NCBI GenBank assembly: GCA_963847815.1
Contig: CAWKBF010000001.1
Span: 213,202-277,201 of the forward strand
Origin: an uncultured Acidimicrobiia bacterium
Lineage (GTDB): Bacteria > Actinomycetota > Acidimicrobiia > IMCC26256 > JAENVU01
Reading direction: 5' to 3'
DNA length: 64,000 nucleotides
The notes beneath the pieces were generated by a model. The model was not told where the DNA came from and did not search any database. It saw only the letters and a list, made by a program, of their open reading frames with translations. A program made the position numbers and the translations under genes. Positions 32,111 to 43,762 of the stretch are shown here, one piece after another; position 1 is the first letter of the stretch, and each line of letters opens with the position of its first letter.

Positions 32111-33328
32111 CTACGTCAGTGCGAGCCGGTTCGTGATGGCGCGGCCGATCTCGAGCGACGGCGGTGGCCGCGGGCGACGGTGCGTTGAGCACGTGGAGCG
32201 CGCGCCCGATCTGCTGGAACGCGAAGTCGTCGACCAGCGTGCCGTCGGCGTGCGACCGCCTGGGCGCGCACGCCGGCGGGCGCGCGCACGAGGTCGTCGA
32301 CCGTCACCTCGGGGACGAGTCGCTGCAGCGCCTGGGTGAAGCGGCGCTTGCTCACCGACCGCGCCATCTCGGTCGCGCCGTAGCGCCAGTACTTCGCCGC
32401 GAGCTTGCGGAACCCGGAGAACGCGCAGCGTGTCGCGCAGGTCGGCGACCTCGATCTCGCGCCACGAGTAGCCCTCGCGGGCGAGCGCGAGCACCGCGTT
32501 CGGGCCGACGTGCACGTGCCCGTCGACGCCGCGGGTGAGGTGGACGCCGAGGAACGGGAACTGCGGGTCGGGGACCGGGTAGATGAGCGTGCGCACGAGG
32601 TGCGAGCGCTCCGGGACGAGCTCGAAGTACTCGCCCCGGAACGGCACGATCCGCAGCCCGGCCGCGCCGTCCGGTCCGCTGATCGCGATCGCGACCCGGT
32701 CGGCCTGCAGCCCGGCGCAGGTCACGACCCGGCTGCGCGGTGATCGTCGCCCGCGTGGTCTCGATCGACGAGCCCCTCGGCGCGCTCGATGCCCGAGACC
32801 ACCGCGGTGTCGAGCGCGATCGACGCCGCCGAGCTGCCTCGATCTGGTCGGCCAGGCGTCCGGCACACCGCGGGGTAGTCGGCGATCCCGGTGTCGAGCG
32901 ACCCGCAGCGCGGCGACCCCGGCGACGTGCGGCTCGATCTCGCGCAGCTGGTCGCACCGTCGATCAGCTCGACCCGCACGCCGTTGGCCCGGCAGCGGCG
33001 CTCGAGCTCTGCGAGGCGCGGCACGCTCGGCCTCGTCGACCGCGACGACGACCTTGCCGCAGATCTCGTGGGCGATGCCGTGCTCGCGGCAGTACTCGAC
33101 CATCGAGAGCCGGCCCGCGGTGCACAGCCGCGCCTTCTCCGAACCCGGGCGCGTAGTAGACGCCCGCATGGATGCACCCCGGAGTTCCGGCCGGACTGGT
33201 GCCGCCCGGGGCCGCTCTCCTTGTCCAGGACCGTGACCGACGTGCCCGGGTGCGCGAGCTGGATCGCGCGCGCGGTCGCCGAGCCCGACGATGCCCGCTC
33301 CGACCACGACGACGTCGACCTGCTCCAT
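32111..33328 (-). CDS. lhgO: L-2-hydroxyglutarate oxidase/dehydrogenase-like FAD enzyme (about a dozen frame switches)
   Basis: [15 protein letters not shown] (FAD dinucleotide fold), [105 protein letters not shown], and ...[20 protein letters not shown]. The segments alternate among all three reverse frames. Confidence 0.7.
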   Translation of the reverse strand: MEQVDVVVVGAGIVGLGDRARDPARAPGHVGHGPGQGERPRAAPVRPELRGASMRASTTRPGSEKARLCTAGRLSMVEYCREHGIAHEICGKVVVAVDEAERAAPRRARAPLPGQRRAGRADRRCDQLREIEPHVAGVAALRVARHRDRRLPRGVPDAWPTRSRQLGGVDRARHRGGLGHRARRGARRSRPRGRRSPRSRVVTCAGLQADRVAIAISGPDGAAGLRIVPFRGEYFELVPERSHLVRTLIYPVPDPQFPFLGVHLTRGVDGHVHVGPNAVLALAREGYSWREIEVADLRDTLRVLRVPQARGEVLALRRDRDGAVGEQAPLHPGAAATRPRGDGRRPRARARRRARPGGRTPTARWSTTSRSSRSGARSTCSTHRRPRPPPSLEIGRAITNRLALT

Positions 33329-33370
33329 GCGCCGGACATGCTCGCACGCCGCCGAGGCTCGAACCCGGCG

Positions 33371-33850
33371 TCAGACGCACGTTCCCGCCCGGAGGTAGTC
33401 GGAGGTCCGGCCGCGCGACATCCTTCACGGCGCTCTGCATCGAGCGGTAGAGGTCGTCGATCGAAGTCGATCTGCACCCAGTCGACGAGCTGGATCCCGA
33501 GGTGCTCGGTAGCGCGTGTTGCATCGTGTCGAAGGCGGCGAGGCTGAAGCCCGGCGGGGTGTCGTCGGACTCCGGGTTCGCGGAGAACAGCGCCACCGCG
33601 GCGACCGGCGCGCTGCGGTTCGGGGCGCTCGACGTCGTCGGGGGCGAAGACCAGCTCGGGGCTCGGGTTCATGCACCAGCGCCTCGACGCGCTGGACTCC
33701 GCGTCGAGCAGCACCATCAGGAAGCCGAACTCCGGGAGGTCGGGCCAGCCGACGGCGAGGTCGAGCGCGTCGGTGGGGCAGCGGACGTGGAACGGCGCGC
33801 AGTCGGGACAGGGGATCCAGACATGCGATTCGACAGTGGATCTCGGACAT
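33371..33850 (-). CDS. hypothetical Cys-containing protein (frame broken; boundaries uncertain)
   Basis: ATG 33850 is preceded by GGAGGAG. A high third-position-GC frame gives HVWIPCPDCAPFHVRCPTDALDLAVGWPDLPEFGFLMVLLDAESSA.., then VAAVALFSANPESDDTPPGFSLAAFDTMQHA.. and IDDLYRSMQSAVKDV in other frames. I recognise no family. Confidence 0.35.
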
Positions 33851-33957
33851 GACAGCTCCTCCGCACTGGGGCGGTGACAAGGACGGCGGAGGAAGTGGTG
33901 CGGCGACCGTACGACCGGGCTGGGACAGCAAACGCCGGCACCCGGACGAGGAGCGCC

Positions 33958-36267
33958 CTAGAGCATCCCCTTGCGGATGAGGTCGTGGGTGGCGAACCAG
34001 CCGGGGATGGCGGGGATGTAGGTCACCGCGAGCTGGTGCGCGAGCACCGCCGCGCCGCTGGCCGCCGGGGGCGACGCCGAACGCGGTGAGCATGCCGGCG
34101 AGCCCGACCGACGAGACCGCGGTGCCGCCGCCGGGGATCGGGACGAGCGACGCGATGGTCGAGATGCCGATGTTCAACGCGAGCAGCGTCCAGAAGTCGA
34201 CGCTGGCGCCGAACGCGTGCAGGCACGCGAGGAGCGAGCCGGCGTAGAAGCACTGGGCGATGATGTTGCCGAAGACGAGGAGGGCGAGGCGGCTCGGCGT
34301 CTTCACCGCTTCCCACACGGTGCGCGTCGCCCGGATGACCGGCGGGAGCACGACGCGGCGGATCTGCGGACGCTGATGATGACCGCGAGCGCGACGAGCA
34401 GCACGAAGACGACGATGAGCGCGATCCACGCGATCTGCGCCGGTGTCGATGCGGCCGAAGTCGATCGAGTCGGGCGCGAGCCACAGCGCGACGAAGAACA
34501 AGCCGACCTGCACGACGATCTCGGAGACCGAGCTGAGCACGCCGCCGGTCGCGACCGCGGACGGCAGGTCGAGGCCCTGCTTCTGGAGGAAGCGCACCTG
34601 GATCGCGGTGTCGGCGGCGACCGGCACCGCGAGGTTCGAGAACGACATCGACGACTGCAGCTCGACGCTCGGCCAGACCGGGATCCGGATCGGCACGTTG
34701 CCGAGGAACGTGATCCCGAACGCGACGTCGGTGCAGCATCCCGAGGACGAACGCGAGCGCGACGAACCACCAGTTCGCGCCCTTCGACGGAGTCCCAGAA
34801 CTCCCCGGGGTCGCCGATCCGGCTGAACAGCACCGCGACCGCGGCGAGCGCGCCGACGGCCATGAGCAGGCTGCGCGGATGCACGCGGTAGAGCTGGCGC
34901 AGCTCCGGCGGCTTCGGTGTCGAGCGCGGTCGCGGTCGCATCGCGCAGCTCGGCGAGCCGGTCGTCGAGCCCGCTGCGCCCGCCGAGCGCGTCGTGGGTC
35001 CAGCCCGAGATCGACTGCGGCTGCAGCATCGGGAGCGCGGCGAGCAGCGAGTCGTCGGTCCACGCCGCGCGTGCGCCGCGGCGACGGCGCGCTCGGTCCC
35101 GACGACGGCCGCGGTCGCGGCGAGCAGGTTGGCGACGTCGCCCGCGGCCTGACCGAAGCCGGCGCCGGTCGCCGCCCACTCGAAGCCGGTGACGGTCACG
35201 GTGCGTCGTCGTCGACGCAGGAGGTGGTGGCCGTCGAAGCGGCCGTGCGCGATGTGCGCGGCGCGGAGGCGGCTGAGCTGGGCCCACGCGTCGTCGAGGA
35301 CGGAGTCGGTGACGACTGTCGGGCGGGGTCTCGAACAGCGGCGTGCCCGGGGCCTGGTGCTCGACGAGCAGCGCGACCGGGCCCGCGTTGCCGGCGAACA
35401 CGACGCCCGGGCACCCGGACGCCCGCACCCGCCGCGAGCAGCTCGAGGTACGCCTCGTACTCGACCTGCTGGCGGCGGGTCCAGAGCAGCGTCCGGGGCG
35501 CGTCCTTGCGGGTGAGGAACCGCCACGTCCGGGCGATCAGCTGGGCGTCGGCCTCGTCGCGCCCGAGCGCGGTGACGTGCAGCTGGCCCGCCGGCCGGTC
35601 GACGCGACGAACACCGCCCGGCCGACCGGCTGCTCGCTCGAGCGGCTCGACGCTCGGTGACCTCGAGGTCGAGGCGGCGCCAGCGCCTTGGCGACGACGC
35701 TCCGCGGTCGGGCGGCCGATCGGGCGTGCCGAACGCGTAGTGCACGGCGGCGGCGACGCCCCAGCCGAGCACGACCGCGCCGAGGAGGTCGGTCGGGAAC
35801 GCGTGGTCGATGTACAGCGCCTCGAGCGCGATCGACGACGACGAGCACCTGGCCGATCCGGCGCATCGGTCGCGAGAGGTACGGCGACGCGACCACGACC
35901 ATCGCGACGACGACCGCGAGCCGGACGGTGGGGAAGCGCGGCGCGTCGGTGAGGTCGAACGTCTGCTGGATCGAGTGCCAGAGCGAGCTGTCGCGCGCGA
36001 GGAACGCGAGCACCTGTCCGATGATCCAGCTGAGGCGCCGGCGACGACGAGGTCGCGGGCGAGGCGCCAGCGGCGGACGAGGATCGCGCCGACGGCGAGC
36101 AGGCCGATCGCCCAGACCGCGAGGATCTCGTAGCCGAGGAGACGAACGACCGGCCGTCGTGCGGGAGGTCCGCGATCGTCGCGGACGAGGTCCCGTTCGA
36201 CGTCGGCCGGGTGCTGGGCGTAGGCGACGAACCCGGCGACGATCGCGACCGCGACGAACACGCGCAC
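33958..36267 (-). CDS. three-module membrane protein: N-terminal PAP2-like TM region, central kinase-like domain, C-terminal UPF0104 (LPG-synthase-TM / flippase-like) domain (about 10 frame switches)
   Basis: N-terminus: VRVFVAVAIVAGFVAYA..., ALYIDHAFPTDLLGAVVLGWGVAAAVHYAFG (PAP2 C3-like). Middle: LHVTALGRDEADAQLIARTWRFLTRKD...QVEYEAYLELLAAGAGVRVP..PVALLVEHQAPG...AHIAHGRFDGHHLL...VTVTGFEWA. C-terminus: multi-TM ...FSNLAVPVAADTAIQVRFLQKQGLD...NIGISTIASLVPIPGGGTAVSSVGL...HDLIRKGML* (stop 33958-60). Confidence 0.6.
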
Positions 36268-36357
36268 GAGGTCGCCCGGTCGCCGCCGGCTCGGCCCGTC
36301 GACGTGGCGTCGGACCGCAGGTCCCGGAGTCGAGCCCAGACCGAGCTCGAGGACTCG

Positions 36358-37346
36358 TCAGGCAGCGTGCGCGCTCCCGGACTTGCGGGGCGCGGAGGCG
36401 GGCCGCCAGCGTCGCCGGGATCGCGATCGGCGTGAACCGGTCGCTCTCGGCGGTGAGCTCCTCGGCCTCGTCGTCGGTGAGGTCGAGGTCGGCCGCCTCG
36501 ATGTTGTGGCGGAGCTGGTCCACCGAGCTCGCGCCCGGGATCGCGACGACGTTCGGCTTCCGGATCAGCCACGCCAGCGCGACCTGGGCCGGGGTCGCGT
36601 CGTGCGCGGCGGCGACCCGGCGGAGCGCATCGATGAGCGCGCCGGCGCGCTCGAGGTTCTCGGGCAGGCACAGCGGGTTGTTCAGCCGGGTCGGGCCCGA
36701 CGGCGGGTGCGCCGCGTCGTAGCGGCCGCCGAGCACGCCCTGCGCGAGCGGGCTGTACGCGATGACGATCCGGTCGTTCGCCTGCGCGTACGGCGACGTT
36801 GCCGTCGTCGTGCTTGCGCTGGATCAGGTTGAACCGCACCTGGTTCGAGAGCACCGGGCGACCCGAGCGCGCGCTCGGCGGAGGTCCACCGGCCGACGCC
36901 GAAGTTGCTCACGCCGACGTGCTTGATGATCCCCGCGTCCTGCAGGCGGCGCATGCCCTCCATGGTCGACGAGATCGGCACCGCGGGGTTGGGCCAGTGC
37001 TGCTGGTAGAGGTCGATCGTCTTCACGCCGAGCCGCATCGACGAGAGCCGACCGTGCTCCTCGACCCGCGCCGCGGTCGGCCAGGTCGGCACCACCTTGG
37101 TCGCGAGGAACGCCTCGTCGCGCCGGCCCTCGAGCGCGCGACCGACGATCGCCTCCGACGCACCCTTGCGCGTAGATCTCCGCGGTGTCGATGAGGTTCA
37201 CGCCGTGATCGAGCGCGCAGTGGACGAGCTCGACCGCGACCGTGTCGCCGTACTCCTTGCCGTAGCCCCAGTCGCGTCGAGCCGAACTGCCAGCACCCGA
37301 GCCCGATCGACGAGACCCGCGCCCCGCCTGCTTCGACGTACCGCAT
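36358..37346 (-). CDS. aldo/keto reductase (frame broken about 4 times)
   Basis: ATG 37346 follows GGAGGT. Blocks: MRYVEAGGARVSSIGLGCWQFG, NLIDTAEIYAQG, IDLYQQHWPNPAVPISSTMEGMRRLQDAGIIKHVGVSNF, NQVRFNLIQ, YSPLAQGVLGG, ATPAQVALAWLIRKPNVVAIPGASSVDQLRHNIEA. The stop is probably TGA at 36358-60 after a late switch. Confidence 0.75.
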
Positions 37347-37442
37347 GGGTCGCACCTCCGGAGTCGACGAACGTTCCGGGGAGTCTGCCAGCCGCCGGCC
37401 CGACCGGCGTTCCGCAGGCACCGGTCGGTTAGCGTCGACATC

Positions 37443-37865
37443 ATGGCCGACAACGCAATGAACGACTTCAACCAGGGCGTCATCGACGAGTTCCGGGCGA
37501 ACGACGGGAAGACCACCGGCCCGTTCGCCGACACGCCGCTGATGATCATGACGACGATCGGCGCGAAGAGCGGCAAGGAGCGGGTCATCCCGATCGTGTA
37601 CACCCGCGACGGGGATCGGCTCGTGATCGCGGCATCCAAGGCCGGCGCGCCGACGAACCCGGACTGGTACTTCAACATCGTCGGCGCAACCCCGAGGTCG
37701 ACCGTCGAGCTCCCGGGCGACACGTTCCGCGCCCGGGCCACGGTGGTGGACCGGGCCGAGCGCGACCGGCTCTACGCCGCGCACGCCGAGGCGATGCCCG
37801 ACTTCGCCGAGTACGAGACGAAGACCGACCGGGTCATCCCGATCGTGGTGCTCGAACGCATCTGA
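37443..37865 (+). CDS. deazaflavin (F420H2)-dependent nitroreductase family protein (Ddn-like)
   Basis: Intact 140-aa ORF. ...NQGVIDEFRANDGKTTGPFADTPLMIMTTIGAKSGKERVIPIVYTRDGDRLVIAASKAGAPTNPDWYFN...RVIPIVVLE matches the PF04075-type split beta-barrel family. Confidence 0.8.
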   Translation: MADNAMNDFNQGVIDEFRANDGKTTGPFADTPLMIMTTIGAKSGKERVIPIVYTRDGDRLVIAASKAGAPTNPDWYFNIVGATPRSTVELPGDTFRARATVVDRAERDRLYAAHAEAMPDFAEYETKTDRVIPIVVLERI

Positions 37866-37881
37866 GCCGCGCGTCGTCCCG

Positions 37882-38587
37882 GTGCGATCCTGTGGCGCGT
37901 CGGTCGCCGCGATCGTGGCTGCTCTGGTCGGCGCGTGCTCGAGCCGACTCGAACACGAGTGGACAAGCACGACGACCTCTCGGTCCTGAGCACGTCGACG
38001 ACGCACCTCGCCGGCCATCGAGCTCGACGACCACGACCACCCGGTCGCGCGGAACCGCTGCGTCCGGGACCGCGCTCGCGGCGCTCGACGGACTTGCCGG
38101 TCAAGGGGCGGGCACCGAAGACCGGCTACGACCGCGACCAGTTCGGGCCGTCCTGGTCGGACGTCGACCACAACGGCTGCGACACCCGCAACGACATCCT
38201 CAACCGCGACCTCGCGAGCAAGCAGTGGCGCCCGGGCACCCACGACTGCGTCGTGATCGTCGGGACGATCACCGATCCGTACACCGGCCGGACGCATCCA
38301 GTTCGACGAAGGAGCACGCGATCGCGGTGCAGATCGACCACGTCGTCGCGCTCTCGGACGCCTGGCAGAAGGGCGCGCAGCAGCTGAGCCCGGCGGAGCG
38401 GCTCGCAGTTCGCGAACGACCCGGTGAACCTGCTCGCGGTGGACGGGCCGACGAACGCGTCGAAGGGTGACTGGCGACGCCGCGACCTGGCTGCCGCCGA
38501 ACCGCGCGTTCCGCTGCGCCGTACGCGGCCCACCAGATCGCGGTGAAGGCGAAGTACCACCTCTGGGTCACGCAGCGCCGAGCGTGA
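37882..38587 (+). CDS. DUF1524 (GmrSD C-terminal-like, His-Me finger) nuclease-family lipoprotein (frame broken about 4 times)
   Basis: GTG 37882 gives VRSCGASVAAIVAALVGACSS (lipobox). Blocks: GYDRDQFGPSWSDVDHNGCDTRNDILNRDL...CVVIVGTITDPYTGRT, AVQIDHVVALSDAWQKGAQQL, ANDPVNLLAVDGPTNASKGD, ATWLPPNRAFRC, KAKYHLWVTQRRA* (TGA 38585-87). Confidence 0.75.
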
Positions 38588-38674
38588 CGCGCTTCGCCGG
38601 GTCCTGGACCCGTGCCCCGGCGAGCGGCTCCCGGCCTGAGCGGTCGTACGCTGAGCCGTCACTGACCTGGGACC

Positions 38675-39729
38675 ATGACCGACCCGTCGACCGATCCGGT
38701 GATCGAGACCGTTGCGCTCGGCCCGCAGTGGCCGACGATCGACCCGTTCCTGTTCTGCGCGCACCACGACGACGCGTACCCGGCGGGCACCGAGCAGCTC
38801 GCGCCCGACGCGCCGCTGACCGGCCGCGAGATCGGCTCGGACTTCGCCGGCGTCGACGGCTGGAACATGTACCACGGCGCAGGTCGTGCCGGGCTTCCCG
38901 CAGCACCCGCACCGCGGCTTCGAGACCGTGACCTACGTGCGGCGCGGCGATCATCGACCACGCCGACTCGCTCGGTGCCGCGGCGCGCTTCGGCCGTGGC
39001 GACGTGCAGTGGCTCACCGCCGGCAAGGGCGTCGTGCACTCGCGAGATGTTCCCGCTGCTCGACTCCGAGGGGCCGAACCCGCTCGAGCTGTTCCAGATC
39101 TGGCTGAACCTCCGGCGCGTCGACAAGATGGCGGACCCGTACTTCACGATGCTCTGGCACGACGACATCCCCGCAGGTGCGCCACGTGGACGACGACGGC
39201 CGCGCGACGGACGTCACGGTCGTCGCCGGCGCGCTCGACGGCGAGCACGCCGCCCCCGCCGCCGCCGAACTCGTGGGCCGCGCGGCCCGAGGCCGATGTC
39301 GGCGATCTGGGTGATCCGCATGGAGCCCGGGCGCGCCAGTGGGTGCTCCCGCCGGCCGCGGGCGCCGACGACCGTCCGCACGCTCTACGCGTACGACGGG
39401 TCCGGCGTGCAGATCGGCGAGCACGACGTCGAGCGTGCGGGACGGGCGCGGTCGTGCACTGCGACGAGCCGGTGCCGCTCACCGCGGGTGCCGACGGGGT
39501 CGAGATCCTCGTGCTGCAGGGCCGCCCGATCGGTGAGCCGGTCGAGCAGTACGGACCGTTCGTGATGAACGACCGCGAGGGGATCGCGCAGACGTTCGCC
39601 GACTACCAGCGGACCGGGTTCGGCGGCTGGCCGTGGCCGGTCGACGACCCGGTGCACGGCGCCGACCAGGGGCGGTTCGCCCGCCACGCCGACGGTCGGG
39701 TCGAGGAGCGCTCGGCGACGCCGCCGTGA
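38675..39729 (+). CDS. pirin family (bicupin) protein (frame broken about 5 times)
   Basis: ...VVPGFPQHPHRGFETVTYVRRG.., [30 protein letters not shown]...LELFQIWLNL, and the C-terminal cupin ...VEILVLQGRPIGEPVEQYGPFVMNDREGIAQTFADYQRTGFGGWPWP. The pieces lie in ORFs 38675.., 38886.. and 39004... Confidence 0.8.
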
Positions 39730-39781
39730 TCTGACCGCCCTCGACACACGACGTCGTGCGGACGGCGCGTACGGTGCGGGC

Positions 39782-40762
39782 ATGGACTCAGTGAACCTCG
39801 GCGCGACCGGGCTGCGCGTCTCACGCGTGTGCCTCGGGATGATGAGCTTCGGCAACGACAGCGACCGGCCGTGGGTGCTCGACGAGGACGCGGCCGAGCC
39901 GATCGTGCGGGCCGCGGTCGAGGGCGGCGATCTACTTCTTCGACACGGCGAACACGTACTCGAACGGCGCGAGCGAGGTCGCGACGGGCAGGCTCGTCCC
40001 GAAGTACCTCAGCCGGGACGAAGCGGTGATCGCCACGAAGGTGTTCATGCCGATGACGCCCGGCCCGAACGGCGGCGGGCTGTCGCGCAAGCACATCCTC
40101 TCGGCGATCGACGCGTCGCTGCAGCGGCTCGACCTCGACTACGTCGACCTCTACCAGATCCACCGCTACGACCCGCACGTGCCGATCGAAGAGACGATGG
40201 ACGCGCTCAACGAGGTCGTGCGTGCGGGCAAGGCGCGCTACATCGGCGCGAGCAGCATGCACGCGTGGCAGTTCGCCAAGGCGCAGCACACCGCGGAGCG
40301 CCACGGCTTCGCGCAAGTTCGTCTCGATGCAGAACCACTACAACCTCCTCTACCGCGAGGAGGAGCGGGAGATGATCCCGCAGTGCATCGACCAGGGCAT
40401 CGGCGTGATCCCGTGGAGCCCGCTGGCCCGCGGCATCCTCGCCGGGAACCGCACCCGCGCCGGCGAGAAGACGACGACCCGTGCCCAGACCGACCCGTTC
40501 GCCGACTACCTCTACAGCGAGGGCGACTTCGACGTCGTGGACCGGGTCGCCGAGGTCGCGGCGGAGCGCGGGGTGTCGCGCCGGCGCAGGTCGCGCTCGG
40601 CGTGGCTGCTGCACCGGCCGGGGGTGACCGCGCCGATCGTCGGCGCGACGAAGCTCGGCCACCTCGAGGACGCGATCGCCGCCGAGCAGCTCGAGCTGAG
40701 CGACGACGAGATGCAGCGGCTCGAGGCGCCGTACGTTCCCGCACCCCGTGCTCGGCCACTGA
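39782..40762 (+). CDS. aldo/keto reductase (frame broken about 4 times)
   Basis: MDSVNLGATGLRVSRVCLGMMSFG, FFDTANTYSNGASE, LDYVDLYQIHRYDPHVPIEETMDALNEVVRAGKARYIGASSMHAWQF, VSMQNHYNLLYREEEREMIPQC..GIGVIPWSPLARGIL, VTAPIVGATKLGHLEDAI. Stop TGA 40760-62. Confidence 0.8.
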
Positions 40763-40821
40763 CCCGGCACTCGTCAAAACCGGGCCGCGGGCGCGGCAGC
40801 GCGTCGCTACGCCTGACCGCC

Positions 40822-42408
40822 ATGGGTGCGCTCGACGTCAACGGGATCTCGTGTCGCATCCCCGGTGGCGACGTGCTGTTCGCCGACGTCACCTTCCGCG
40901 CCGGCAGCGGTGAGCACCTCGCGCTGATCGGTGCGAACGGCGCGGGGAAGACCACGCTGCTTCCGCGCCATCATCGGCGAGATCCCCGTCGACGAGGGCA
41001 GCGTCCACATCGACGGTGAGCTGCGGGTGATGAGCCAGCTCGTCGGGTGGCGCGACGAGGACCGGACCGTTCGGGACCTGCTGCTTGCACTCTCGCCGAC
41101 GGCTCTGCGCCGGGCCGGCGAGGCGCTCGACGCGGCCGAGGCTGCGAACGAGCGCGAGCCGGGCGAGCGCACGGGCCTGGCGCTTGCCCGCGCCCACACG
41201 CACGTGGGGTGACGTCGGCGGGTGGGACGCCGAGGTCCTCTGGGACACGTGCACGACGATCGCCATGCGCCAACCCATGGCCGGAGGCCGGCACCCGTCG
41301 CCTCTCCACGCTGTCCGGCGGAGAGCAGAAGCGGCTCGCGCTCGAGGTGCTGCTGCGCTCCGACGCCGACGTGCTCCTGCTCGACGAGCCCGACAACTAC
41401 CTCGACGTCGCGGGCAAGCGCTGGCTCGAGGAGTCGCTTGCGCGCCACACCGAAGACGGTGCTCGTCATCAGCCACGACCGGGCGCTGCTCGACGTCGTC
41501 GCGGACAAGGTCGTGACGTTGGAGGGTCACACGGCGTGGACCCACGGCGCGTCGTTCGCGACCTGGCACGAAGCGCGCGACGCGCGGATCGCGCGCATCG
41601 ACGAGGACCATCGGCGCTTCCGCGAGGAGCGCAAGCGCCTGGAGCAGTCGCTCAGCGAGTTTCGCCGGCGAGCCGCGATGGGGAGCGACATGTTCGCGTC
41701 CCGCGTGCGGGCCACCAAGACGAAGATCGAGCGGTTCGAAGCGGACGCGCCGACCGAGCGGGTGCGCGACGAGCAGGTCTCGATGAAGCTCGGCGGCGAC
41801 CGGACCGGCACACGGGTCGTGATCTGCGAGCAGCTCGAGCTCGACGGTCTCACCGACCCGTTCGACTTCGAGGTGATCTTCAGCGAGCGCATCGCGGTGC
41901 TCGGCCCGAACGGCACCGGCAAGAGCCACTTCCTCCGGTTGCTCGCGGGCGAGCCGGTCGGGCACTCGGGCTCGTGGCGGCTCGGCGCGCGCGTGGTGCC
42001 CGGCTACTTCTCGCCAGACCCACGACCAGCCCGAGCTGCGCGGCGTCGCGGTGCTCGACGCGGTGATGAAGGCCGGGTACGACCGGGGCAAGGCGATGGC
42101 GACCCTGCGCCGCTACGGGCTGCACGGCGTGCGCGACCCAGCCGTTCGAGACGCTGTCCGGTGGCCAGCAGGCGCGGCTGCAGATCCTGCTGCTCGAGCT
42201 CTCGGGCGCGAACCTGCTGCTGCTCGACGAGCCGACCGACAACCTCGACCTGGCGTCGGCCGAGGCGCTCGAAGAGGCGCTGGACTCCTTCTTCGGCACG
42301 GTGCTCGCGGTGACCCACGACCGGTGGTTCCTCCGCCGCTTCGACCGCTTCCTCGACGTTCGGCCGCGACTGCCCGTCCGGGAGCACCTCGAGCCCGTCT
42401 TCGCCTGA
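40822..42408 (+). CDS. ABC-F family ATPase (two NBDs, no TM domain) (frame broken about 6 times)
   Basis: NBD1: GANGAGKTTLL, LSGGEQKRLAL, LLLDEPDNYLD, VISHDR. Then a helical linker (DEDHRRFREERKRLEQSLSEF...). NBD2: GPNGTGKSHFL, LSGGQQARLQIL, LLLLDEPTDNLD, AVTHDRWF. Stop TGA 42406-08. Confidence 0.8.
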
Positions 42409-42520
42409 CGGTCGTCGTTCACCTGAGAAGGTCTGCAACCGGTCGATGTCGACACTCGGCGGAGCGTGGGCCAGACTGCCGACAGGCCAGGTCGGGGGGA
42501 CGCAATGAAGGTGCGCACGG

Positions 42521-43726
42521 ATGCGTGGGACTGCAGTGCGGCTCGTGCTCGTCGCCATGATCGCGGCGGTGTTCGCGACCTCGTGCACGCAGCTCATGAT
42601 CGACGAGACGGTCATCTCCAGTCGATCAGACTGCAGGGGCGGGCCAGAACGCACACCCAGGGATCGGCCGACGCCCAGGACTACCTGATCGACCGGCTGA
42701 AGACGTTCGCGGTCGGGCTCGGAGCGGTCGCCGCAGGTCCGGTCGACGACGGCCGTTCAAGCAGCCCTTCGACGCCGGGACCAACATCCTGGCGAAGATC
42801 CCGGGGACGGATCTGGCCGACCAGTACGTGATCATCGGCGCGCACTACGACCACCTCGGCATCGACGTGTCGCACCGTCCACGCCGACGGACACCATCTG
42901 CAACGGCGCGACCGACAACGGCGCCGGGAGTCGCGGCCCTGCTCGCGGTCGGCGAGCATGATCAAGGCGCACGGCGGCGCCGCGCCGCACGGTGATCCTG
43001 GCGCTGTGGGACCGGGAGGAGGACGGGCTGCTCGGATCGAAGTACTACACGCAGCACCCGCTCGTCCCGCTGGCCCAGACCGTGGCCTACATCAACTTCG
43101 ACATCCAGGGCGCGAACCTGCTGCCCAGCCTGCAGAGCTCCAGCTTTGCGGTCGGCGCGGAGTCCGGTGGCGCCGCGCTCACCGGCGCGGTGCAGGACGC
43201 GATCGGCGCCGGGCCGCTGCAGACGCAGGCTGGTGAGCGCGATCTTCGGCCAGGGGCGCAGCGACTACGTGAACTTCACCGCGGTCGGCGTGCCGAACGT
43301 GTTCTTCAGCGACTCGACCGGTCCCTGCTACCACACCGCCCAGGACGAGCTACGGCGTCGTGGACTTCTGGAAGCTCGACCAGCAGGTCGAAATCGCGTA
43401 CCAGGTCACGCTCCGCCTGGCCGCAGGCCGGACCGCCCCGACGTTCTCGGCGACGAACCCGCTCGCGACCTTCGACGACGCGGTCGTCGCTCCAGGCCGT
43501 CGTCAACGCGGCCCAGAGCGATCAGTCACGGTTCACCGAGACCCAGCAGCAGCAGCTGACCAAGTTCCGCGACGATCTCAACGCGATGGTCGCCGCCGGG
43601 CCCGCGAGCTTCGACGCCGACGACATGAACGTCCTCGTCGGGGGCGCAGCCACCGCGGTCGAGCATCCTCACGTCGGGGCCGTGCGACGGCTTCATCTCC
43701 AAGCACTGAGCAACTCGAAGCACTGA
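42521..43726 (+). CDS. M28-family metallopeptidase lipoprotein (frame broken about 6 times; 3' end +/- 20 nt)
   Basis: MRGTAVRLVLVAMIAAVFATSC (lipobox). Blocks: NILAKIPGTDLADQYVIIGAHYDHLG, ATDNGAGVAALLAVG, ILALWDREEDGLLGSKYY, AYINFDIQG, RSDYVNFTAVGVPNVFFSDSTGPCYHTAQD. Confidence 0.7.
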
Positions 43727-43762
43727 TTCCGCGAACGGGAACGGTGCGCCGACGCGCAGGAC

